Part shown: positions 15,024 to 24,832 of the stretch, piece by piece
Numbering within the stretch: the stretch's first letter is position 1
Layout of the letters: every line of letters begins with the position of its first letter
UHGV virus genome: UHGV-0108392
From: a virus
Length of the DNA stretch: 26,514 nt
Strand: one strand, 5' to 3'
The notes under the pieces: generated by a model
The model's database searches: none
What the model was told of the DNA's origin: nothing
The model's input: only the letters and a program-made list of their open reading frames with translations
Translations under genes and position numbers: made by a program

Positions 15024-16703
15024 ATGGCGGAAACAACTAAAGAGCGATTGAACAAACAGTTCGCACAACTTGAAAGCGAGCGTCAGTCGTTCGAGCCGCA
15101 CTGGCGCGAGTTGAGTGATTACATCAACCCACGTGGTTCCCGCTTTCTGACTTCTGAGGTCAACCGTAACGATCGACGCAATACACGCATTATTGATTCG
15201 ACCGGGACTATGGCGGCGCGCACTCTCGCCAGCGGCATGATGTCAGGCATCACAAGCCCCGCGCGTCCGTGGTTTCGCCTGGCTACGCCAGATCCTGAAA
15301 TGATGGATTATGGCCCTGTTAAGTTGTGGCTTGAGGCGGTGCAGAACCGCATGAACGATATGTTCAATAAGTCGAATCTCTACCAGTCTCTTCCGCAGTT
15401 ATACGGAAGCCTCGGCACATACAGCACCGGTGCAATGGCGGTACTGGAGGATGACGAGGACATCATTCGCACAATGCCATTCCCGATAGGCAGTTACTAC
15501 CTGGCTAACTCACCTCGTGGCAGTGTGGACACCTGTTTTCGCAAGTTCTCTATGACCGTTCGTCAGCTTGTTCAGGAGTTCGGGCTAAATAACGTCAGCG
15601 AATCCGTAAAAAGCATGTGGGAAAGCGGCACCTACGAGAAGTGGATTGAAGTGATGCATTCGGTTTACCCGAACATTGACCGCGATACATCGAAGCTGGA
15701 TAGCAAGAACAAGCCATTCAAATCGGTTTATTACGAGGTTGGCGGTGATAACGACAAGTTGTTGCGTGAGTCCGGATTCGATGAGTTTCCAATTATGGCT
15801 CCGCGCTGGGAAGTTAATGGCGAAGATGTTTATGGATCATCATGCCCGGGTATGCTGGCGCTTGGACCTGTTAAGGCATTGCAGCTTCTCCAGAAGCGCA
15901 AGTCGCAGTTGATTGATAAAGCCACCAATCCGCCGATGGTTGCTCCGACTTCCCTCAAGAATCAGCGCGCCTCCCTTCTTCCTGGCGACATCACGTATAT
16001 CGATCAGATTACTGGTCAGGATGGATTCAGGCCTGCTTATCTGGTTAACCCCAGTACAGCAGATTTGGTGGCAGACATTCAGGACACTCGTCAAATCATT
16101 AACAGCGCCTACTTTGTCGATCTGTTCATGATGTTGCAGAACATCAATACCCGCTCGATGCCTGTTGAAGCGGTGATCGAAATGAAAGAAGAAAAACTTC
16201 TGATGTTGGGGCCGGTTCTGGAGCGTCTGAACGACGAATGTCTTAATCCTCTCATTGACCGCGCTTTCTCGATGATGGTGCGTAAAAACATGCTGCCGCC
16301 ACCGCCTGACGCGATGGAAGGCATGCCCCTGAAGGTCGAATACATTTCCGTCATGGCTCAGGCGCAGAAGTCTATCGGCCTGTCCAGTCTGGCGTCCACG
16401 GTTAACTTCATTGGTCAACTTGCGCAAGCGAAACCAGAAGCTCTCGACAAACTCAACGTTGATCAGGCGATCGATGCATTCGCTGATATGTCCGGAGTGT
16501 CTCCAACCGTCATTGTTCCGCAGGAACAGGTTGAGCAGGCTCGCCAGCAACGGGCACAGCAGCAACAGCAGCAACAAATGATGGCGATGGGGATGGCGGC
16601 GGCACAGGGTGTCAAGACGCTAAGTGAAGCTAAAACTTCGGATCCGAGTGTGTTGTCAGCTATGGCGAATGCAGTTAGTGGTCAGGGTGGGCAATCACAA
16701 TGA
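15024..16703 (+). CDS. Portal / head-to-tail connector protein (T7 gp8-like)
   Basis: 559 aa; Gln-rich C-terminus (QQQQQQMMAMGMAAAQG) resembles the T7 gp8 C-terminus as recalled; positioned after terminase and before scaffold and capsid. Confidence 0.75.
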   Translation: MAETTKERLNKQFAQLESERQSFEPHWRELSDYINPRGSRFLTSEVNRNDRRNTRIIDSTGTMAARTLASGMMSGITSPARPWFRLATPDPEMMDYGPVKLWLEAVQNRMNDMFNKSNLYQSLPQLYGSLGTYSTGAMAVLEDDEDIIRTMPFPIGSYYLANSPRGSVDTCFRKFSMTVRQLVQEFGLNNVSESVKSMWESGTYEKWIEVMHSVYPNIDRDTSKLDSKNKPFKSVYYEVGGDNDKLLRESGFDEFPIMAPRWEVNGEDVYGSSCPGMLALGPVKALQLLQKRKSQLIDKATNPPMVAPTSLKNQRASLLPGDITYIDQITGQDGFRPAYLVNPSTADLVADIQDTRQIINSAYFVDLFMMLQNINTRSMPVEAVIEMKEEKLLMLGPVLERLNDECLNPLIDRAFSMMVRKNMLPPPPDAMEGMPLKVEYISVMAQAQKSIGLSSLASTVNFIGQLAQAKPEALDKLNVDQAIDAFADMSGVSPTVIVPQEQVEQARQQRAQQQQQQQMMAMGMAAAQGVKTLSEAKTSDPSVLSAMANAVSGQGGQSQ

Positions 16704-16996
16704 CAGATTACGAAGACGATCAACTGAAAGAAGAAAACGCCCGTAAGCAACGTGACATGGCACAGCGTGAAATTGATGACATTCGCTTTGTCATGAGCAG
16801 TGAACAGGGGCGTCGCGTTGTCTGGTCGGTGCTGGAGAAAGGCCGTGTGTTTTCCGCTATCTCTCCGATGGATGCTATGGCAATGGCATTTAATGAGGGG
16901 CAACGCAATCTGGCGCTGGAACTGTTTCAGCGCGTTATGGCGCATTGCCCTGAACAGTATTTGAAGATGGCCAAAGAGGCCAGTGAACAGGAGTGA
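16700..16996 (+). CDS. Hypothetical protein (98 aa)
   Basis: ATG overlapping the portal stop (ATGA); acidic; no known motif. Confidence 0.45.
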   Translation: MTDYEDDQLKEENARKQRDMAQREIDDIRFVMSSEQGRRVVWSVLEKGRVFSAISPMDAMAMAFNEGQRNLALELFQRVMAHCPEQYLKMAKEASEQE

Positions 16997-16998
16997 TC

Positions 16999-17694
16999 AT
17001 GAATTTATTTGAGCGTTTGCTGTATCGCCGTCTTTGCAATGAGCAGCCAGTCGATGGTGGAGCAGCTCCGGCTGCGTCAGAACCGTCAGCGCCTGCAGGT
17101 GATACCCCTGCTCCAGTTGGTGATCCATCACAACAGGAAGGTGATAAGCCACAACCTGTTGCTGATGGCGATAAACCTGCTGATGACAAAAAGCCTGAAA
17201 ACGATAAGCAGGATGAAAAAAAGGGTGGCGATAAACCAGAGGGTGCGCCTGAGAAGTACGAGTTTCAGGCTGCCGAAGGCGTAGAGCTGGATACAGAAGC
17301 GTTGAAGGAATTCGAGCCGGTGGCGCGAGAACTTAACCTGACCAACGAGCAAGCGCAAAAGCTGGTTGATGCTTATCCGAAGATTCTGGCAGGTGTTCAG
17401 CAGCGCCAGGCAGAAGCCTGGCAGAAAACAACCGAGCAGTGGGCTGCGGATGTAAAAGCTGACAAAGAAATCGGTGGCGACAAGTTGATTTCTAACCTTA
17501 GCGCCGCACAGCGTGCGCTTGACCAGTTCGGGACACCTGAACTCAAAGAATATCTGAACACCACCGGGCTGGGTAATCACCCTGATCTGGTCAAAACGTT
17601 CGTGAAAATCGGAAAGGCGATGTCTGAAGATGGCATGGTCACCGGTGGTAATGAAGGCCAGCGTAGTGCGGCCGAAGTGCTCTATGGCAAATAA
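16999..17694 (+). CDS. Putative scaffolding protein
   Basis: Between portal and capsid; acidic, Pro/Ala/Asp-rich low-complexity N-terminus followed by a helical region. Assigned by position and composition only. Confidence 0.55.
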   Translation: MNLFERLLYRRLCNEQPVDGGAAPAASEPSAPAGDTPAPVGDPSQQEGDKPQPVADGDKPADDKKPENDKQDEKKGGDKPEGAPEKYEFQAAEGVELDTEALKEFEPVARELNLTNEQAQKLVDAYPKILAGVQQRQAEAWQKTTEQWAADVKADKEIGGDKLISNLSAAQRALDQFGTPELKEYLNTTGLGNHPDLVKTFVKIGKAMSEDGMVTGGNEGQRSAAEVLYGK

Positions 17695-17702
17695 GAGAGG
17701 AA

Positions 17703-18695
17703 ATGACAATGTCTGTTAAAGGCTTAACTGCGCTAACGCTGGCTGACTGGGGTAAGCGCGTCGATCCAAACGGGAAAGTCGATAAGATTATCGAGCTTCT
17801 CGGTCAAACTAACCCGATCCTTCAGGATATGCCTTTTGTCGAAGGGAACCTTCCTACCGGACACCGAACCACCATTCGTTCTGGTTTACCTTCAGCTACC
17901 TGGCGTTTGCTGAACTATGGCGTACAGCCAAGCAAATCAACCACAGTGCAGGTAACCGATTCCGTTGGCATGCTGGAAACCTATGCGGAAGTCGATAAGT
18001 CACTGGCTGATCTGAACGGCAATACCGCCGAATTCCGCCTGTCTGAAGACCGCGCATTTATTGAAGCGATGAATCAGCAGATGGCGCAGACGCTGTTTTA
18101 TGGTGATTCCAGCGTTAACCCTCAGCAGTTTATGGGACTGTCCTCCCGCTATTCCAGCCTGTCTGCGGGTAATGCTCAGAACATCATTGATGCTGGTGGC
18201 ACGGGTACAGATAACACCTCAATCTGGTTAGTGGTGTGGGGCGAAAACACCGTGCATGGCATCTTCCCGAAAGGGCAGAAGGCTGGCATCCAGATGGAAG
18301 ATAAAGGCCAGGTGACACTGGAAGATGCTAATGGCGGCAAGTACGAAGGCTATCGCACCCATTACAAATGGGATAACGGACTTGCTCTGCGTGACTGGCG
18401 TTATGTTGTTCGCATTGCAAACATCGATGTCAGCAATCTTTCAGAACCTTCCTCTGCCGCAAATATTGCGAAGTTGATGGTTAAAGCACTGCATCGCATT
18501 CCAAACCGTGGCATGGGCCGCCCGGTGTTCTACATGAACCGCACTGTAGGCCAGGCTCTTGATCTGCAGTCTCTGGAGAAAACATCTCTGGCGATTAGCG
18601 TAAAAGAGACTGAAGGCGAGTGGTGGACGTCATTCCGTGGTGTACCAATCCGTGAAACTGATGCGCTTCTGGAAACAGAAGCCCGCGTGGTGTAA
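17703..18695 (+). CDS. Major capsid protein
   Basis: 330 aa, strong RBS (AGAGAGGAA), immediately after the scaffold gene and followed downstream by a strong terminator. Assigned by synteny and size. Confidence 0.65.
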   Translation: MTMSVKGLTALTLADWGKRVDPNGKVDKIIELLGQTNPILQDMPFVEGNLPTGHRTTIRSGLPSATWRLLNYGVQPSKSTTVQVTDSVGMLETYAEVDKSLADLNGNTAEFRLSEDRAFIEAMNQQMAQTLFYGDSSVNPQQFMGLSSRYSSLSAGNAQNIIDAGGTGTDNTSIWLVVWGENTVHGIFPKGQKAGIQMEDKGQVTLEDANGGKYEGYRTHYKWDNGLALRDWRYVVRIANIDVSNLSEPSSAANIAKLMVKALHRIPNRGMGRPVFYMNRTVGQALDLQSLEKTSLAISVKETEGEWWTSFRGVPIRETDALLETEARVV

Positions 18696-18746
18696 CGCCT
18701 GTTATTAACCTGTGGGTCGTAACAGACCCACTAATGGAGAAAGAAG

Positions 18747-19184
18747 ATGATCACCGACAAACTGTTGATGTTCTCCGAAGCTCAGGCGGTTACGAATACC
18801 GCGGCTTCTACTGACGTAATCGATCTCGGTCCAATTGACGGAAAACGTCGTGATATCGGCGTGGGTTACCCGCTTGAGTTTTGGGCGCTGGTTAACACAG
18901 CCGCCGCGGCAAGCGGTGATGCAACTGTAAACATCCAGTTGCAGACGAGTGAGAATAACAGCTCATGGACCACTATTTATGATAGTGGCGCACTGGCAAA
19001 GACCGCCCTGACAGCAGGTAAACGAGTTGTTTCTGCAAAGGTGCCTGCCGGTGTTCAGCGATATCTGCGTGTTAACTACTCCGTCGCAACTGGCCCACTA
19101 ACGGCTGGCGAATTCACTGCTGGTATCAGTCTTGATGTTGATGCCAATACGCCGTATCCGATCCGCTCAAAAGTAACTGGTTAA
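18747..19184 (+). CDS. Hypothetical virion protein (possibly head decoration)
   Basis: 145 aa, Ala/Thr/Gly-rich, in the head module. Assigned by position only. Confidence 0.4.
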   Translation: MITDKLLMFSEAQAVTNTAASTDVIDLGPIDGKRRDIGVGYPLEFWALVNTAAAASGDATVNIQLQTSENNSSWTTIYDSGALAKTALTAGKRVVSAKVPAGVQRYLRVNYSVATGPLTAGEFTAGISLDVDANTPYPIRSKVTG

Positions 19185-19194
19185 GGTGATATCG

Positions 19195-19530
19195 ATGTCA
19201 GGTGAGAAACCAAGATACCGCGTTCTGCGCCTCTCTCATATCCATAACACACTGTGGCCGGAGGGGGCAGAAATCGAATACGAAGGTGAGCCTGGTAGCG
19301 CACTGGAACCTGTTAACGATGCAGCCAGACAGGCAAAAGCAAAAGTTGCAGGAAAGGTGTCAATGGCAGCAACCAGCACCAAAATCATCAACGATGTGTC
19401 AGATGATGGTGAACTGGATAAGCTCCGTGAAGAGTACGAATTGCTCTTTAACGAGAAGCCACACCATAACGCCAAAGCTGAAACGCTCCGCGAGAAGATC
19501 GCAGATAAGCGTAAAGAACTGGGCGTGTAA
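19195..19530 (+). CDS. Hypothetical protein
   Basis: ATG at 19195 with AAGGTG RBS; charged helical product; followed by a terminator. Confidence 0.4.
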   Translation: MSGEKPRYRVLRLSHIHNTLWPEGAEIEYEGEPGSALEPVNDAARQAKAKVAGKVSMAATSTKIINDVSDDGELDKLREEYELLFNEKPHHNAKAETLREKIADKRKELGV

Positions 19531-19547
19531 GCCTCGCGAATCAGACA

Positions 19548-19568
19548 AGGGGCTTCGGCCCCTTTATT
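19548..19568 (+). terminator. Rho-independent terminator after the head-gene cluster
   Basis: AGGGGC-TTCG-GCCCCT hairpin followed by TTATT. Confidence 0.6.
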
Positions 19569-19580
19569 GCAGGAGTGTAT

Positions 19581-19904
19581 ATGGAACTCGTAAACCTCAA
19601 AACCGGCACTGACAGCTACCAGGATGAGAGCGGAGAAACCAGAACTCGCGATGAATACCCGTGGGGGCTGTGCATCACGCTGAATAACGACACATTGAAT
19701 AAGCTGAAGGCGCAACCTCAGGGCGTCGGAACAGAAGTGATGATAACTGCGAAGGCTGTTATTCGAGGCCTGTCTGCCAGAGAAACTGACGATGGTGTTA
19801 ATCGCAGCGCCGATCTGCAGATCACTGATATGGCAATCGCTCCTGTTTCCGGTGATGTAGAAAAATCAGCGGCTGAAACCCTCTACGGTAACGGGGGTGA
19901 GTGA
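19581..19904 (+). CDS. Hypothetical protein
   Basis: ATG at 19581 with GCAGGAG RBS; no recognisable motif. Confidence 0.4.
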   Translation: MELVNLKTGTDSYQDESGETRTRDEYPWGLCITLNNDTLNKLKAQPQGVGTEVMITAKAVIRGLSARETDDGVNRSADLQITDMAIAPVSGDVEKSAAETLYGNGGE

Positions 19905-20509
19905 TGGCCTCTGTAGTAGAGATCTGTAATCGTGCGCTGTCCAATATTGGCAACAGCCGCAGCATTAACAGCCTGACGGAAGCCAGCAAGGAAGCGGGGG
20001 AATGTTCGCTGCATTTTGAGGCCTGTCGTGATGCTGTGCTTTCTGATTTTGACTGGAACTTTGCTACAAAACGCGTGGCGCTTGCAGATACGAGCAATCC
20101 ACCGCCTGACTGGGAATATGCGTACCAGTACCCTTCCGATTGTCTGCGCATTACTGAAATTATGCTTCCTGGTGTACGCAATCCAACAGCAGCAATGCGT
20201 GTTCAGTACGAAGTTGGTGCAGACACCAACGGAACAGGAAAATTGATCTACACAGACCAGCCGCAGGCATGGCTTAAGTATGTCTCTCGCGTTACAGATG
20301 TGAACATGTTTGATGCCATTTTTATGGAGGCGCTGGCCTGGCGTCTTGCGGCAGCTATTAACATGGCGCTGACTGGGAATGCAGACCTCGGTACGTTTGC
20401 CCTCAATATGTACAATCGCGTGATTCTTAGTGCTGGCTCGCATAGCCAGAATGAATCACAGGAACCACAGCCACCGGTTGATGAGTTTACCATTGCGAGG
20501 TTGTCCTGA
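19904..20509 (+). CDS. Tail tubular protein A-like (T7 gp11-like adaptor), tentative
   Basis: About 200 aa, same size class and position as T7 gp11; weak N-terminal pattern similarity (ALSNIGNSRSINSLTE versus T7 ILASIGEPPVSTLE as recalled). Confidence 0.45.
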   Translation: MASVVEICNRALSNIGNSRSINSLTEASKEAGECSLHFEACRDAVLSDFDWNFATKRVALADTSNPPPDWEYAYQYPSDCLRITEIMLPGVRNPTAAMRVQYEVGADTNGTGKLIYTDQPQAWLKYVSRVTDVNMFDAIFMEALAWRLAAAINMALTGNADLGTFALNMYNRVILSAGSHSQNESQEPQPPVDEFTIARLS

Positions 20510-22560
20510 TGGCTATCAGTTGGATCCAGCCCAGCTTTGCCGGTGGTGAGATTGGACCGTCGTTGTACGGTCGTATCGACATGGCGAAGTACCAGGTGGC
20601 ATTGCGCAAGTGCGATAACTTTATCGTGCGGCAGTATGGCGGCGTTGAGAATCGACCTGGTACGCGTTTTGTCGGTGCCGCCAAATACCCAAATCGGAAA
20701 TGCCGCCTGATCCCGTTCCAGTTCTCGACGGTTCAGACCTATGCTCTGGAGTTCGGGCACCAGTACATGCGCGTTATCAAAGATGGTGCGTTGGTGCTGA
20801 ACAGCAGCAATGTTATTTATGAAATTGCCACGCCATATACTGAAGCCGATCTGTTCCGAATTAAATTTACGCAAAGCGCCGACGTGCTTACGCTGGTTCA
20901 CCCGGCATACCCGCCGAAAGAGTTGCGCCGCTATGCGCATGACAACTGGCAACTGGTTGATGTGGTAACGAAGAACGGGCCATTTGAAGATATCAATATT
21001 GACGAGTCAGTGACGGTTTATGCCAGCGCCAGCACCGGGACAATTACGTTAACAGCAAGCGCCTCTATTTTTGGCGCGGAGCAGGTAGGCAAATTGTTCT
21101 ATCTGGAACAGCCTGCAGTGGATTCAGTGCCGGTATGGGAAACCAGTAAGAGTACGTCGATTGGCGATATTCGCCGTGCAGACAGTAACTACTATCGCGC
21201 CGTTACAGCAGGCAAAACAGGCACTTTGCGCCCTTCGCATACAGAAGGCACATCATGGGATGGCTGGGGCGGATCCGGTGATGATGATACTGGCATTGAG
21301 TGGGAATATCTGCACAGTGGTTTTGGCATTGCCCGTATCACTGCTGCAAATGGAACTACTGCAACTGCCGAGGTGATTTCCTATATCCCTTCGCAGGTCG
21401 TTGGCGAGGATAATGCCAGCTATAAATGGGCTAAATATGCCTGGAACAGTGTTAATGGTTATCCTGGCACTGTTGTTTATTATCAACAACGTCTTTACTT
21501 CGCCGCATCGACTGCGTTCCCTCAGACTATCTGGGCCAGCCGTACCGGGGATTATAAGGATTTTGGCAAAAGCAATCCTACGCAGGATGACGACAGAATT
21601 ATCTACACCTATGCCGGGCGTCAGGTTAATGAGATCCGCCACCTGATTGATGTCGGTTCGCTGGTGGCACTGACTTCCGGAGGTGAGTACGTCATCACCG
21701 GCGACCAGAACAAAGTGTTAACCCCATCATCATTTGCATTCAGCTCTCAGGGATCAAATGGCTCGAGCAATGTCCCACCAATTGCTGTGGCGAATATTGC
21801 TCTGTTCGTCCAGGAGAAAGGCAGCGTTGTCCGTGATCTGGCCTACTCATTCGATGTTGACGGCTATCAGGGGAACGACCTGACCATCCTTGCCAATCAT
21901 CTTTTTCAGAAGCACAGCATTGTTGACTGGTGCTTCTCGATTGTCCCTTACTCCAGCGCCTTCTGCATTCGTGATGACGGTAAATTACTGGTGATGACCT
22001 ATTTGCGTGATCAGCAGGTTTTTGCATGGGCACCACAGTCCAGTACCGGAAAATATGAAAGCACATGCAGTATCAGCGAAGGCAATGAAGATGCGGTGTA
22101 TTTCGTCGTTAACCGAACCGTTAACGGGCAAGCAGTGAGATACATCGAGAGACTGTCCAGCCGTTTATTTACCAGCGATGAAGACGCTTTCTTTGTTGAT
22201 TCTGGCCTTAGCTATGATGGAAGAAATACGTCTGACAGAACGATGATCATCACTGGTGGTTCTGGTGAATGGGATTACCGCGCGGAATATACAATCAGTG
22301 TTTCTGGTGGTGCGTACTTCACCAGTAGTGATGTCGGTGCGCAACTACAGTTCCCTTATGCCGGAACTGATCCTGATACTGGCGATGAAGTGTCAAAAGA
22401 ATTACGTTGCGACATTATTTCTGTAACCAGCAATACCGCTGTAGTGGTTCGTCCTAACAGGAACGTCCCGCCATCCCTCAGGAATGTGGCCACCACGAAC
22501 TGGCAGATGGCGCGCCGGGCATTTGGCGGCTTGTCTCATCTTGAAGGTCAGACCGTAAAC
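20509..22560 (+). CDS. Tail protein (tail tubular B / nozzle-like by synteny); phage-derived N-terminal ~684 codons of an ORF that runs in frame into foreign DNA
   Basis: Enterobacterial-type composition and codon usage up to about 22560; the same ORF (track 20509..24012) then continues in frame into lower-GC sequence, so the native 3' end is missing. Functional call is by gene order only. Confidence 0.45.
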
Positions 22561-22599
22561 ATGGATGAAGTCAATTTCTTTGCCAAGAGGATGAAAAGC

Positions 22600-24012
22600 A
22601 TGACGGAATATGAAAGAAAAGTTCTGTCAGCGTATGCTGAGGATTATGGTGTGGCTACCATGCAGGATTTAATCAATCTGACATTCAGCATGAAAGGTCT
22701 TTCATTGCTTACAGATTTTTCAGATGCCAGACAGGTCGGGGAACGTCTTTACTTGGATGAATTCTTGGGAATATCAGAAGAAGAAAAAGCGCAGACCAAC
22801 TTTATTGAGTTTGCGGAAAAAACCTTAAAGGAGAGCCGGGTGGAAGTCCTGCCCTATGGAGTTTTTGTAGAGCATGGCTTTGAAATGCAGGAAGTGTACA
22901 ATGGAAAAACATTTCCGTCTTTCGTTGCATCGGATGAGACTGTGGCAATTGTCGAGTTACAGAACAAAGCCGGAGATACAGAGTATCTGTACCTGCCAAC
23001 GGATATCAGTTCCATGAACAAGGTAAAGGAGCGGTTGCAGGTGCAGGATTATTGGGAGATGGAAGTAACCGGAATTGAAAACCTTCGTTTACCGGATATC
23101 CTTGTACCGATGCCGGAAAACATTGATTGTGTGGAAGCACTGACATTATTTAATGAGACATGTCAGGCGGTAAAACGTTTTGATGAAGTGCAGATGACGC
23201 AGCTTGCGATGGTGGTAGAATTTACCGGATTTAGTAGTTCTACTGAGGTGACAAGTATTGCAAGACTGCTTGGGGAATTTGAAGTGAATCCTTTCGTACA
23301 CAATGATGAAGAGTATGGAAAGTACATGGTGGAAGAGTCCGGGTTATTTGATGTGGATGAGTTATTGCTCCCTCATATTAATTATGCAGCCTTTGCAGCG
23401 GATAAGAGACAGGGAACACTTGTGCAAAGTGGTTATGTAGAAAATGGTTTTGTGGGAGCCACCAGAGAACTTTCAGAGTACCAGCAGTATAATGGAGAGT
23501 TTGCTGATCCGTTAGAAATTGATGAAGACTGCTATGAAACATTTAAACTTTATAGTCCGCTGACAGGAAATTTATTTGAAGGTGGCTGTGAGCGGGGAAA
23601 CTTATATCGTAGCGATCTGACACCGTATGCGGAGGAAATTGCAGAAACCATTGAAAATGAATATTGTGTCGGGGAAGAGCCAAGAGGTCTCATGCATTAC
23701 TTTGATAGAAGTCTGGTGGTGGCGGCGAAAGTAATGTCTGCATATCCCAAGGTAGAGATTGTGGATGGCGAAGTTTATGGTGTGCTGGAATGTAAAGTCA
23801 GTGAAGCATTAACAGAGCATGATATTGAAGTGTTAAAGGAATATTGGACCGGACAGATGAGTGACGGATGGGGTGAAGGCTTTGAACAGCATCCAATTTT
23901 AGTAGAGGACGGAGAAATCTATGTCAGTTTTTGGAACAGCGAGAATTTCTGGAATGTTATGACCGAGGAGGAACTGATGGGAGGACAGGTTCAGGGAATG
24001 GATATGTGCTAA
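22600..24012 (+). CDS. Hypothetical acidic protein, Firmicutes-type (about 470 aa if it starts at ATG 22600)
   Basis: AAGAGG RBS 9 nt before ATG 22600; Glu/Asp/Tyr/Phe-rich; GAA/GGA/AAG-heavy codon usage unlike the upstream phage genes. The true N-terminus may lie upstream of the junction. Confidence 0.4.
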   Translation: MTEYERKVLSAYAEDYGVATMQDLINLTFSMKGLSLLTDFSDARQVGERLYLDEFLGISEEEKAQTNFIEFAEKTLKESRVEVLPYGVFVEHGFEMQEVYNGKTFPSFVASDETVAIVELQNKAGDTEYLYLPTDISSMNKVKERLQVQDYWEMEVTGIENLRLPDILVPMPENIDCVEALTLFNETCQAVKRFDEVQMTQLAMVVEFTGFSSSTEVTSIARLLGEFEVNPFVHNDEEYGKYMVEESGLFDVDELLLPHINYAAFAADKRQGTLVQSGYVENGFVGATRELSEYQQYNGEFADPLEIDEDCYETFKLYSPLTGNLFEGGCERGNLYRSDLTPYAEEIAETIENEYCVGEEPRGLMHYFDRSLVVAAKVMSAYPKVEIVDGEVYGVLECKVSEALTEHDIEVLKEYWTGQMSDGWGEGFEQHPILVEDGEIYVSFWNSENFWNVMTEEELMGGQVQGMDMC

Positions 24013-24068
24013 TAAATATATTGAATCCGCCTAAAGAAAAGAATCAAGGAGATTGAGGAAGGAGAATC

Positions 24069-24815
24069 ATGTTAAGAAGAGAAGAAGTAGAACGCATTAA
24101 GGAACAGTACCCGAAAGGTACGCCCATTCGTCTTTACAGCATGGAAGGGGAGCAGACAGTGCCGCCGGGGAGCCGGGGAGTTGTAGACCATGTGGATGAC
24201 ATCGGGCAAATCCATATGAAGTGGGAGAACGGAAGCTCCCTTGCATTAAATGTGGAAGAAGACCGCTTCGATATCATCACACAGCAGGATGAATTATGTG
24301 AAAAGAAAGAGCAGGAGTTTATTGACAAGATAAATGAAATCTTGGACAAGACAGATTTCCTGCTCTTAAATACGTCCTGTAATACGGAGAATACATCCTA
24401 TGCTGCCGAGAAGCTCCTTGCCATGCATCAGGCATTCGAGGAAGTGTATGGAGAAGGGTATGTGGATGAAAGCTATGGTATGATTATGGTGCCTGCGGTG
24501 GTAAGAGGAAGGGAATCCGGCATACAGACCCTTGCGTTGGTAACACTGGACTTGGAATCATCCGGTGAGCATTGGGGTACTACATTCCTTACACCGGGAG
24601 GACCATTGGTGCAGGGACATGCAGAGCTTACGGAGGAGCAGAAGCGTGCCATCAGGGAATACTATATTCCCTACGATTATTGGTACACACCACTCGTTGA
24701 ACGTGACCACCATGTGAACTTTACGGATATGCCGGAGACAGTTGCAGACATCCGCAGGCTGGTGGATGAATCCTTGGTGACAGGACAGGCACAGCAGATG
24801 GAGGGACCGAAATAA
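24069..24815 (+). CDS. Hypothetical protein, Firmicutes mobile-element type (possibly DUF4314-like N-terminus)
   Basis: GGAGGAAGGAG RBS; N-terminus (IKEQYPKGTPIRLYSMEGEQTVPPGSRGVVDHVDDIGQIHMKWENGSSLAL) resembles a small domain I recall from Firmicutes conjugative-element proteins. Family assignment is from memory and uncertain. Confidence 0.45.
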   Translation: MLRREEVERIKEQYPKGTPIRLYSMEGEQTVPPGSRGVVDHVDDIGQIHMKWENGSSLALNVEEDRFDIITQQDELCEKKEQEFIDKINEILDKTDFLLLNTSCNTENTSYAAEKLLAMHQAFEEVYGEGYVDESYGMIMVPAVVRGRESGIQTLALVTLDLESSGEHWGTTFLTPGGPLVQGHAELTEEQKRAIREYYIPYDYWYTPLVERDHHVNFTDMPETVADIRRLVDESLVTGQAQQMEGPK

Positions 24816-24832
24816 AGGAGAGGAGGACATAA

